From Antedon mediterranea (Eukaryota; Animalia; Echinodermata): 64,000 bases of DNA. Shown in pieces: positions 48,858 through 60,800 of this stretch. The stretch spans positions 21,252,795-21,316,794 of the forward strand of contig NC_092670.1 in assembly GCF_964355755.1 (NCBI RefSeq). Direction: 5' to 3'. Below the pieces are notes generated by a model. That model made no database searches, was not told the DNA's origin, and was given only the letters and a program-made list of their open reading frames with translations. Numbering within the stretch: the stretch's first letter is position 1; every line of letters starts with the position of its first letter. The position numbers were made by a program, and so were the translations under genes.

Positions 48858-51800
48858 ATGGGAAGCACAGAGTCAATACCTAGTACAGAGGCTATGTCTT
48901 CAGTGCCACCAATAAAATCTGGTTTCTTGCACATTTACAGTAATAATAGTCATAAAACGGTACAAGTAAGTATTCCATAGGCTGTAGTTTTTTTTAACCT
49001 AATGCCAATGTACCTGGTTGAGGATTATATTTATGTTTTCTTTAGTCCGTATATAACAATAATAATAATAGCAGGTTTTTTTTATATCTTTATGGTTTTC
49101 TGTTAGAAAGTTTTAAAATTTTATATTTATATTTATTTATTTAATCTACTCACAATTCAATTTTTATTGTAAAGAGTACGTAAAAAAAGCCATTCCATGT
49201 TTTAAGCATAGGCATATACTCTGGCAGGAGCGGATCCAGGATTTTTGTAATGGGGCAGTGCTAACTTATAATTTGAATAATCTGTCAAGTAATTATAAAA
49301 AATCCATTTTAACTGTCAAAGGGAGAGGAGAGGGCACGCTCCTAGCGTTACCCCTTGCTCTGGGATGAGGGGGAAAAGACATTTTCACGATTACATAAAA
49401 TAAAAGTAAGGCAATCCTAGTATTTATTTTGTATAAATTGATTTTTTTTGGGCCTCTTCAAGATGTATTGTCCCCCTCAAAAAATAATTCTTAAAATGTT
49501 TTTGTTGCCATTTTAATTTCACATAATAGTTATCCACTTTGACCAAAAATTGAATCGAAAAAATAAATGTATTTACCTGAAAAAAATGTGATTTAGAGCA
49601 AACAATAGTCGTTTTTGGTTAAATTCAACCATTTATTTTTCTATGGAAGTGAATAACTTTACTAAAACTACAAAATAACCGTTTCATGGTTTTAGGGGAC
49701 AGTACATCTTTAATATATTATTGATATATACAGATGTATTAATGTATATTTTAGTTTAGAAGGGCCTGCTGACTCTTGTATAGTAATCTTATTTACTTTA
49801 GCAGTCCATGACCAATTCATTTCTGTATGTTTTATATTATTGTTGGTCAAATAAATAAATGAAAATAATGAATGCAAAGAACAAGGAAAAACATATGCTT
49901 TTTAATATAGTAATGTTCATGAAACCAGACAGAACCAGAAATTCAAATAGATACAGTGATTATTCTACACCTCCATGGTGCCGGGTATTGTTACCTTTTT
50001 TAGTGTGGGTGTTTTCATTTTAAATTCTAATGCCCTATTTCCTGTTGATGGGTAGATCCTGTTGCTACATAATGGATTTTACTATGAAAATAACATTTAA
50101 ATACTGTATACTGTACAACAAAATGCCAATGTTACAGCACTTTGTATCCTGTTTATTTAAAGGCCTGAACGTTTTATATAAATATATCAATATTACCTCA
50201 CTAGATCCATAGAGATTATTAATTATAATACGGTATAATAATATATGTTCGCAAACAGTGGTAGTGGCTGTACTTTTTACAATAAGATAAAAGATGTTTT
50301 AATTATTACTGTATTTTTACAGGAGAAATGGGTCACTTTTCAAAGATAATCCTAATATTTATTTTGTATATAATAATTTTGTTGATTTTGTATTGGTCTT
50401 CAAGATGTATTGTCCCCCCTGAAAAAAATACTTAAAATGTTGTTTTAATATGCCATTTTAATGTCACTAATAGTTAGCCACTTTGATCAAAAATTGGATC
50501 GAAAAAATAAATGTATTTACCTGCCAAAAATGTAATTTAGTCTGAAGATCCTGTTGCTACCTAATGGATTGTTACTATTTGTAAAGAAAATAACATTTAA
50601 ATACTGTATATTAAACAAAATGCCAAGTACGGTATAGTAAACCATTTTTGTTGCAACACCAATTAAAGGCCTGAACGTTTTATATAAATATATCAATATT
50701 GCCTCACTAGATCCATAGAGATTATGAATTATAATATTTTTACAATAAGATAAAAGATGTTTTCATTTGTACTGTATTTTTAACAGGAGAAATGGGTCAC
50801 TTTTCAAAGACGATATGAAGGTAAATTGATTTGAATTTTATTACAAGCAAAAATTAAAAAAAACATAGTTATCTTTCATTTTTCGTTTGTTTAATAATTT
50901 ACAAGTCAGGCCAACAATATATGTACGGTTTTAGGAATTCTCTTCTGCTCTGAAACTGCAGACAATCGGCATGTGTAGAAATCCTTTTGAGGTTTAAAAA
51001 TAAAATGCTTGATGTTGTATAATAATATAATATATATAATGAATAGAATTTCATGTTTTATTATAGCTACACCCGACCCAGCAGATATTCTACTGGTTGT
51101 TGGCTATAATATAACAGATTTTGCCTTTTTATATCGGTAAAATATAAGAATTCGATATTCCCTCGGGAATGATATTTTGCTCTCATGAATATATATTTCC
51201 CTCAGCTTGGTCTTCTGGAAATATATATACAGTATTCCCATTCCCTCGGGGAAATCTTATATTTCACTTCTAAGCAGGGCACTACTATTGTTAAAGTTTA
51301 GTTTATTGCTACGTGATTGCCGTCGCTTTTCAGTTTTACAATGTTACTTTGCTTTTTATATGAATTGGAATAAAATAAAAATTAATTAATTTTATACTAC
51401 ACAATCATGATCACAATAAATATTTATAATTATAATATTCTCATTTTACTATTCATTGTTTAATTTGATTGTTGAACAATTTGTTTTTAGGTTCTTCAGA
51501 ATATCTACTGAATATCTATCCTAACAAAAAAGAGAAAAAGAGAAAGCAATACATGATTCACGCAGAAAGTTTCATTGGAATCGAGGAAGGAAATATGGGC
51601 AATGGAGAAACACGCTATTTTACTGTGTTCTACAAGGGAAAAAAAATCATTTTCCAGACGAAAAATAGAGAAGAAGCACATAGCTGGTGCGAAATGTTTA
51701 AGAAACATTTTAAATGTGGTAAGACATTAATGTTATATTAAATTTTAACATGTTATTTTGTACATTTGTACCACATTTAAGTATGGAAAAGACGAATTAT

Positions 51801-54800
51801 TAGTACATGCAACTTTCTTTGAGTGACAGTAAAATAACAAAATCTCAACTTGTTGAGTCATGGTTATGATGGAGAAACTCATGCCATTAAAAAGATTTTA
51901 CCTGCTGTAATGTTTTTAGAATGTAACACAATCTGTAATTTTGATTGCAGAAAAATGGAATGTACATTTAATGGATTCAGAGGATGCTGAGGAGTCATCT
52001 CCTAAAATGACCCCTTATCTTCTTCATGTTACACCATCGGCTGTCTCACTTACAAAGTTCAACCCATCAGAGATGTATAAACTGTGGAGTATACGACACA
52101 TAAAATGCGTCGAAAATGACCAGGAGTTTTTGAATATTGGAGTGATGGGTGCAGCGTCCGACTCAGGTATGTGTAATGTAAAGCAAAAATATCATTTTCG
52201 TAATGGTGATTTGATAATTTATCGGGACACATTTTGGCAAAGGTGAAATATGTAATATGGGAAAAATTGCCCTTTTTGTTAAATAAACAATTATCATTTG
52301 TTCTTGCTTTATTTGAACTTTTGCATTATTAAGAGGAATGATGATTTGAAGGATCTTAACTATGATAAAGCGTTTTTGAAAACCAATAAACACCGCAGTT
52401 TACATTTACATCATATAAAAAAAACAGGAAAGATCAAACTAAAGTACTTCCATATGGAACTGCATCAGGCAGACTGATTAATAACTTAATTCATTTGACG
52501 TCATAAAAACAAATTGTTTAACAATAAACACAACAAGTTGGAAGTGAAGTGACGTTATATAACACAATTGTACAGGTACTGTCTCTTAAAATAGAAAAGC
52601 GCATTCATGCCAAATTTAAGTCAATTGTTTGTGTCTTCTTTTAGTATAGATCTAATTACCGTTATAAATAAGTATAATCTCATGCTCAAGTTTAATCCCA
52701 CACTCTAATTTGGCTTAAATTTAGGACACCAGAGTATTTAAATTCCATTTATAGAATCCAAGTATAATCCCAGCCTGGTACTACTACTCATCATAATTTT
52801 GTTGTCAAACTAGTTTGGTCGACGGTCACTACTCGAACGACACGGACGTGTTTTTAATCGTGCTCCTCAGTGTGTTTGGAATTTCAGTTTTTCCAAGTGA
52901 ATTTGACTTTGCTTTGGTGTTTTGTATGTATCCAGTCGTTATTATTTCACTTGTGAACATTCTTGATGGTATTTATGTTTGATCTGTGGTCCAATTTTGT
53001 GGATTTTAGATGTTTTTTGATGTATTTGTGCCGTCGGAACTAAGGAATTCCGGATCACGCCGTGATTTGCATTTCGCGCCTAACCAGCTGCTGTAGTACG
53101 GTGTAGTACAATGGCTCGCTAGTTGATTAGCTGTACCGGTACAACAAACACATATCTGGACCTATTTGAATTGCCTTATTTAACATCATAATGACTCTAT
53201 TTAGTTGTTTGATGACATTACTCTGCACATTATTTCTGAGATCAATCATATTTCAACCAGGTTCATTTGATTGTCTGGTTCGTCAACTCAGCTATCATAA
53301 CGAAAATGTTCACTATAACATTCGTGTCGGTGAGTCATGTTCTCTTTTTTTGCATACATGTGCTAGCATTAATAACACCACAAGAAAACGATATACAAGT
53401 AGGCCTGTGAGATATTACGCCAATCATTATTCGACTTTTAACCTATGTTTGTTGGTTAGTGGCGACATTCATCCTCACCCAGGCCCAGAGCTGATGCATA
53501 GGAACAAGAGCCAGCATATTGGAAACGGTAATAGTACGAAGAATACATGTGAATCTTGCGCTAAAACGGCGAGACGCAATCAAAAATGTCTGATTTGCTG
53601 TGAATGTCATCACATATTTCATATCAAGTGCATACCTATGAGCAGCGATAGTTATGTGTTTTATCAAGATAATCCATGGGCGTGTAACATCTGCTATCTA
53701 CCACAACTATCGGACTCATTTTTTGACAACTCATTGAACAACAACAACAGTATATTGTCACTTGCATCCAGCAATACATCAACTGATTCTTCCATCTTTG
53801 AAACTAACCTTATTCAAGTTGCTTTATTTAACGCCAGAAGTGTGGTGAATAAGATCGAAGAATTCCATGCGCGTATCGCAATTGATGAATTGGATATCTT
53901 GATTGTCACAGAAACGTGGCTGGACTCCTCTATTGATAGTACGGAACTGTTTCCAGACTCATTCGTTGTGTACAGAAAAGACCGTTCAAGACACGGTGGT
54001 GGTGTTCTGTTAGCTTTGAAAAACGCATTTAAATCCTCTATTGTTGACTTTCCTACTAACATTGAGGTCAAAATTATTGAAATAACTGTAAATAACAATT
54101 TTAACGTTTTAATATGTGCTGTTTATAGGCCACCGAGTTCAAATGACGATTGGCTCAATCAATTCCACGATGTCGTTGATTTTATCCTTTCTATTTTACA
54201 TAAGTACTGTGGTGTAATTTTAACTGGTGATTTTAATTATGATTACGGTGTTGATAGTCCCTTAGTTTATAAGAAATTTAAAGAAATTATTGCTCCACTT
54301 GATACTATACAATTTGTTGATTTTTTTACTCGTGTATCTAACACCAAAAGTAGCATTATTGATCTGGTCTTGTGCAATAACCCTGACATTGTATGTAATT
54401 TCAGAAGTCATCCCGGTCTCAGTACAAGTGACCACCTTGGGGTTTATTTTAATATTAACGCTAGATACAGTAAAGTTAAACCTGTAGATAGATATTATTA
54501 TCAATATAGTAAATGTGACCATGACGATCTTTTTACAACGTTGGGGGCGGTTCCTTGGGGACTGTGCCTGGAACAATCAGACTGTGAGGAAATGTGGGAA
54601 AATTTTAAAGACCTCTTTCTCGCCACTATCAACGATTGTATCCCTAAAGTCAAAAGTAAAAAAAGAAACAGGCCAGCTTGGATAACTCAAGAAATGGTTA
54701 CCATGGCTCGTAAAAAGAAACGAATGCTAAAAGAGGCTCATCGTCATCCTCATAACCCAAATAAGATGGACAAATATAGAAAGTTTAGTAATAAATTAAG

Positions 54801-57800
54801 AAACCTAACAAAAAAAGCTCATTTACAATATATTAGGAAATTAAGTGTCGCCTGTGTAAATGGTGACTCCAAACGTTTTTTTAGTTATGTTAAGACAAGG
54901 CGTAAGACTGGACAAGTCAAAAACTTTGTTTTTAATGGTATACCCTTGGTTTCCGATATCGATGCGGTAAATGCATTTTCCACATTCTTTGCGTCAAACT
55001 TTAACGAACCTAATCGTAATTTCAATGTTAACCATGAGATCTGTAATTGTGTTCACCCAGATATTGTTCCCCTTAATAACATTAATATTACTGAAAAAAC
55101 TATTTTCGAGGCTCTATTGTCATTGAAACCCAACAAATCCCCTGGACCAGACGGGATTACACCTAAAATGTTATCCATGTCAGCTCCAATTATTGCCCCA
55201 GTGTTGTGCAAAATGTTTAACAAGTTCTTAACGGATGGCTTTGTACCAAAAGATTGGAAACTCGCGAATGTCACTCCTATTTTTAAGTCCGGTAATCGTA
55301 ACGATGTTAATAATTATCGACCCATATCGCTATGTTCTATTATAGGTAAGGTTTTTGAACGTATTATAGCAGATAACATTCTTTTTCATCTTCAATTTTT
55401 TGGATTTATAAGTCCCACGCAACACGGGTTTTATCCAGGTAGATCGTGTGTTACACAGGCCTCAGCGTTATATCATGATTGGTCACAAACAATGGATGTT
55501 AGACAACCTCCTGTAATTGATGCAATATTCCTTGATTGGGAGAAGGCCTTTGACCGTGTTCCCCATGATTTAGTAATCAAGAAACTGCACAACATGGGAG
55601 TATGTGGACCTCTCCTAAAGTGTCTTCACTCCTTTCTCAGTGACAGATTCCAACGTGTTGTTCTTAATAAGGAGCATTCTGATTGGGATAGAGTGGGCTC
55701 GGGTGTTCCTCAGGGATCAGTGTTAGGCCCGCTTCTATTTAATCTCTTTGTTTATGACCTACTTCTAAATACCTCTTCTGTTATGAAGCAGTATGCAGAT
55801 GACACAGTAATTTATAAACCTGTATTCAGTCGTCATGATGCACTTACCTTACAACAGGATCTTTGTAAAATTTCCAAATGGTGTGAGGATAATAAAATGA
55901 AATTAAATGCAAAGAAGTGTAAAGTCATGCACATAACTAGGAAACGTAATTATATCCCTCATTTTATTTATACAATCGAATCCAATCCCCTTGAAGCTGT
56001 TAATTCCCATAAATATCTTGGTATTAACTTCTCACGTGATTTAACATGGTCTGCTCACGTTAATGATGTATCGATGAAATCAATGAGAATGCTTGGGTTT
56101 ATCAAACGGTTTGTAGGTTTCAATGACACCGAAATTTTACTACGACTTTTTAATGCACTATGTCGACCTGTTATTGAATATGGTGCTCCTGTGTGGGATC
56201 CACATCAAAAACAACATAATATAGCTATTAACAAGTCATTAAGACGGGTTACTAAATTGTGTGTTGAAGGCGATTTCACTGACAGGCTTAAGATACTAAA
56301 TTTACCAGATATGGTTCAAAGAATGAAATTTCATAGTATAATTTTTGTAGTTAAGTGTTTGCATAATTTAATTGATTTTGATATATTTGAATACCTTACA
56401 ATTAATTCTCGGTATCCAGAGTCGCTCACCTTTAAACACATGTATGCTAGAACTAATGCATTTAAATACTCCCTGTTTGTTAATTTTCCTCGAATATGGG
56501 AATGTATCCCGCATGAAGTTCGTAACAAAGTCCTGTTTAACTTTGAGGGGTTTAGAAGGGATTTGAAAAAATGTATTACTGATATCGAATTCATTTAGAC
56601 TATCACTGTGTTTTTATGTCTTTTGCGTTTTTCGTACTATTAGTTGGGAAAGCCACTCGACAGTGCAGTTCTTTTGAACTGATCCACTTTTGGTTACCCG
56701 CAGGTGCTGATAGTACTTTGTTCTGTTTTGTTGAATGATGCCGTGCCTTGTTTATGATTTGTGTATGTTACCTGGAAATTGAATAAAATAAAATAAAAAA
56801 ATAAAATACACTCGGCCGTATACAGTAATTACAATTGTATAAAGTATAATCCCATTTAGGGTCTAATCCCACCCACTACTTTATGTCTGATTTCATAAAC
56901 AGGCATATCCCAGGTATAGCCCCAGTATTGACTTTTGGTCTGGATGTAGGTCTAGCCAGTTAGATGAGTTTTTACAAGAAATGCTTACTAATCACTTTTT
57001 TCCTGAACCAAACTTTCCCCGGGTATAGTCCCACCCCCAAAGTCGGCCCAATTTCGTGTTCTACTGTAGGAGGGTGGGATTTATACCAGAGGATATCACG
57101 GTAATATAAGAATTTTGAAAACCAGACATGTTCAAATATAATTTTACAATTTTAAGAAAATGTTCTGTACAGTATAGTGCTCTGTAATCTTCACATGGTT
57201 TAAAATAACATCAGAGATAAGCATGGTTAAGCTTCTAAAGAGTTATGCCCTTCAAAATAATCCGTATCGTCACACTTGAATACTAATTATTTTGGAACAT
57301 TTTTGATATAATTATTACTTAGTTATTACAAATTTGACACATTAGTAGCTATCAACCAGGGTGTGTCTAGAGTTTAATATATCAAAATCTGAACTTTTTT
57401 GAGTCATGGTCGTAAGGTCGTGGGAGCAGGAACGACCAAACCCAGTACCGTTTTTGATTGCGATCATGCGAGAAATTACCTCACAACGTGAATTCATGTC
57501 ATTCAATAGATGGTACCTGCTATAATAAATGTAACGTTCTTTTTAGAATTAATATAAATGCATGCCCTTCAAAAAATAATCCTTATTATCACACTTGAAT
57601 ATTAATTACAAAAGAATTAGACAAGAATATAAAACATAATTTGGAACATTTTTTATATCATTATTACTTATATTATATATTCATTACAAATTTGACACAA
57701 TAATTGTTTATTGAGCAGAGTTGGTTATCTATCTCATGGAGAAATAAGTTAAGATTTCTCCATATTATTATAGTGCACTGTAATTATAAAAGTTCAACAT

Positions 57801-60800
57801 AAAATATTTATGTAACTTGTTTAGTGTACACAAATTTAAAACCAAAGACACACATTTAAAACCAAATTGAAAGTTCATCTTTAGTACCAACAACATTTAA
57901 TGTATTTGTGTTATTTTGTTGTTATTATTCTCATGTGTGACAATGATCGTGCAGTTTTTAAATGGTTATTGTTATATTGTCTTGTTCCTAATTGTTATGG
58001 ACCCAAATGGAAATAAGTTTATATTATTTAAACTTTCTTTGGTTTGTGTGTGCAATGCAATGATTGTTTTTTATTTGTTTTTTCAATACGGTAGTCTAAC
58101 AATTAGAATTTAGAATTTTTTTATTTGGTAATCAAGGTTAAAAAACAAATACGACATAAAAATAGAAAAACAATTGCGCAGATAAACATGCCTTGATTAC
58201 AAGGAATGCCAAGAAAAGTTAAAAGCTTATTTCAACTTGGGTGCTGGTCCTATAACAAAGAACTGATAAAAAGTACATATAAAATTACAAAACTACTTGC
58301 AGCATAAAAATATCCTAAACTACAGTACAAAAAAGTTATCTTATCTTATACTTACTATAATTAAAACATTATTTATATTTTATTCTTAGTTTACAAATAC
58401 AATGATAAATAGTAGTATATTTTTTATTTTAGGTTACTACCAAATAAAACCCAGCAATTCAAATCACCTGAGTCATATTAAAGAGGCAATTGATCGCCAA
58501 AGAAAAGTCACTAAAGAAACTGAAGATGTTGAGAAAGATCAATATTTGGAACACACACCAGGTAGCATGCCTTCTCTTAAAGGGTAGCTCCCCCGGATTT
58601 AAAATTTATAATTGATGCAAATATAAACCTTTGCATTAATATTGATGACTAACTAGCCCATAATAACAAATTACAGAATTTTAAACCTTGCCTCGCCTCT
58701 CTTAGCAGACTATTCCTCCATGCATATACCTTATGGGCTCTTTAAGACAACGTTGACACTTTAATTGCTATTAGTGATCATGCCAATACCCACACATTAA
58801 TTTGTACGAAAACTTAAAGATGTATTGTCCCCCATCTGAAAAATTAAGATTAATAACAAAAAAAGACTTTGCAGTTTTAATAAAGTTAATCACTTCCATA
58901 TAAAAAAATAAAAAAACTGTTTTCACTTTTAAAAACGGGGACATATATATCTTTAAGTTTTAGTAGTTAAATAATGGTATGGATTTTTTAACAATTCATT
59001 TTTTAACAATTGTTAAGATTTAATATGATATTATTTTTAATTTCATAAGGGAAAGAGGTATCATCAGGTACCATGATTCCAGATGTAGCCACTAAAGGTA
59101 AGGGTGTAATGTTATCTTACAGTATGTGGCTAACTGGACGTGCAGTAGAATTATTTGTTCATCAATTCATAGGCTAACATTTGTTCCTTTTAATGAATAG
59201 TTGATGGCGAGGATGAATTCCAGACCAGCTCCAGACCTGTATCATCAAGCCCTCATACAAGATATCCTGATGTAATAATAGGTAAAATATAAATAAATCC
59301 TAATTATAGAGAGTGCCATATTCTCCACAGTTTCAGTAATGTTATGATGGCATGTTAGATATGTTTCTGTAGAGTTTGATGTAATACCACAAAATGTTTG
59401 TGTTCTTTTTTATTTGCTGTTAGATACTGAAAGCAAACCAAATGAAGGTAATAAAACGGTGAAATTAGATGAGACAAAAGCTGAATTCATTCGGGACGGA
59501 GTAGATGCAGACACTGAGGAACAAGCCAGCTATCAAAATGCTGTACAAGCTGCTAAGCTTTCACCTCGCCAGCAAAGGCCACCTGCTCTACCAATGAAGT
59601 AATTACATACAGTCAAGTCTATTAATTGCAAACTTTTAATCCAAACTGAGGGAGATCCATATAAAAAAACCTAGGCCGGTCTCTCCAGGCAGAAGAGTCT
59701 CCTCTCTCTGTCGGCGGCGGTGCTGCTTTTTCTGGCCTAACTTTTTGTCTGCTGCTTTTAATCCTAACTAAGTATTTTGGTTTTTAGAATGCATTTTATT
59801 ATATATGCATAGGGCTGGCCTGGCTAGCTGATTCTTGTGTCTATAAGTTGCCGAGTACCACAGACAAATTCTGTAATACAGTTTTGTAACATATGTATCA
59901 CATGTGATGCCATAAGCCCAAATGCAACATTGCCTGTATACCAGTATAGTACATTGAATCGGATGGATTGGTCTGGTTTTCCAAAACTGTGGCTTTCAGA
60001 GGGTTTGGGAGAGCTTACTGTATCAGATAATGCAAACGTAACCTCTACAAATAACAGCAGATGATCAACTAAATACCTTAAAGGAAGATACATAAAGATA
60101 CTGAATAATAATTTATTTTTTTTACATTATTTTTTCAACAGAGATCATATTCGACATTTTAAATCCGAGACGGTGAGTTTTGATTTCATAATTCTCAATT
60201 CTTGGTCACTTTTCCAGTACAGTAAAATGGTTAGGGAACACCTTCAAAACCCAACAAAGTGCCAGTCTCATATAGGTTCTACTATACTTAATATGAAGTC
60301 CACATTCTTTACATGACTTAGCCATGCCTGGTAACATTAATTTTAACATGGATATGCATGGTGGTGGAGCTGTAGCTTAGTAGTTAACATGCTTGCCTTC
60401 CAATCCCAAGGTCTGGGTTCAATCCAGAACTAGTGGCTGAGTTGTAACTTACAACTATTTCAACTCCACTCCCTAAGCCTCAAACGAGATAAATAAAGCA
60501 CGATAAATGATTAAATAGTTTATCCATCCTGTAATTGGCGAGTTACTCACTGTGGGATGCGTATAAAAGAATTCCTGCTAGTCATGTGTAGCCCACATAA
60601 ATGTATTGTTTGTTACATTAACTGTTCTTGTGAATCTGGTATTAAATTTTACTAGATTACCAGTCATGCAAACTAAACTTCCTCTTTATTTCAGATCGGA
60701 GAAACTATAGAAGCAATTCGTGCAAAGAAACATTGTTTCAGGGATTCGCTAGGTATATCTCCGGGTAAACGTACAAATTTAAATACTCGAAGTGATGCCA

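Larger units (their letters stand above)
52659..57101. mobile_element. Tc1/pogo-like MITE (TA-CCGT...ACGG-TA) split by the LINE insertion
   Basis: TACCGT..GTATAATC at left and GGGATTTATAC..ACGGTA at right; TATAATCCCA-like motifs on both sides of the LINE. Confidence 0.5.
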
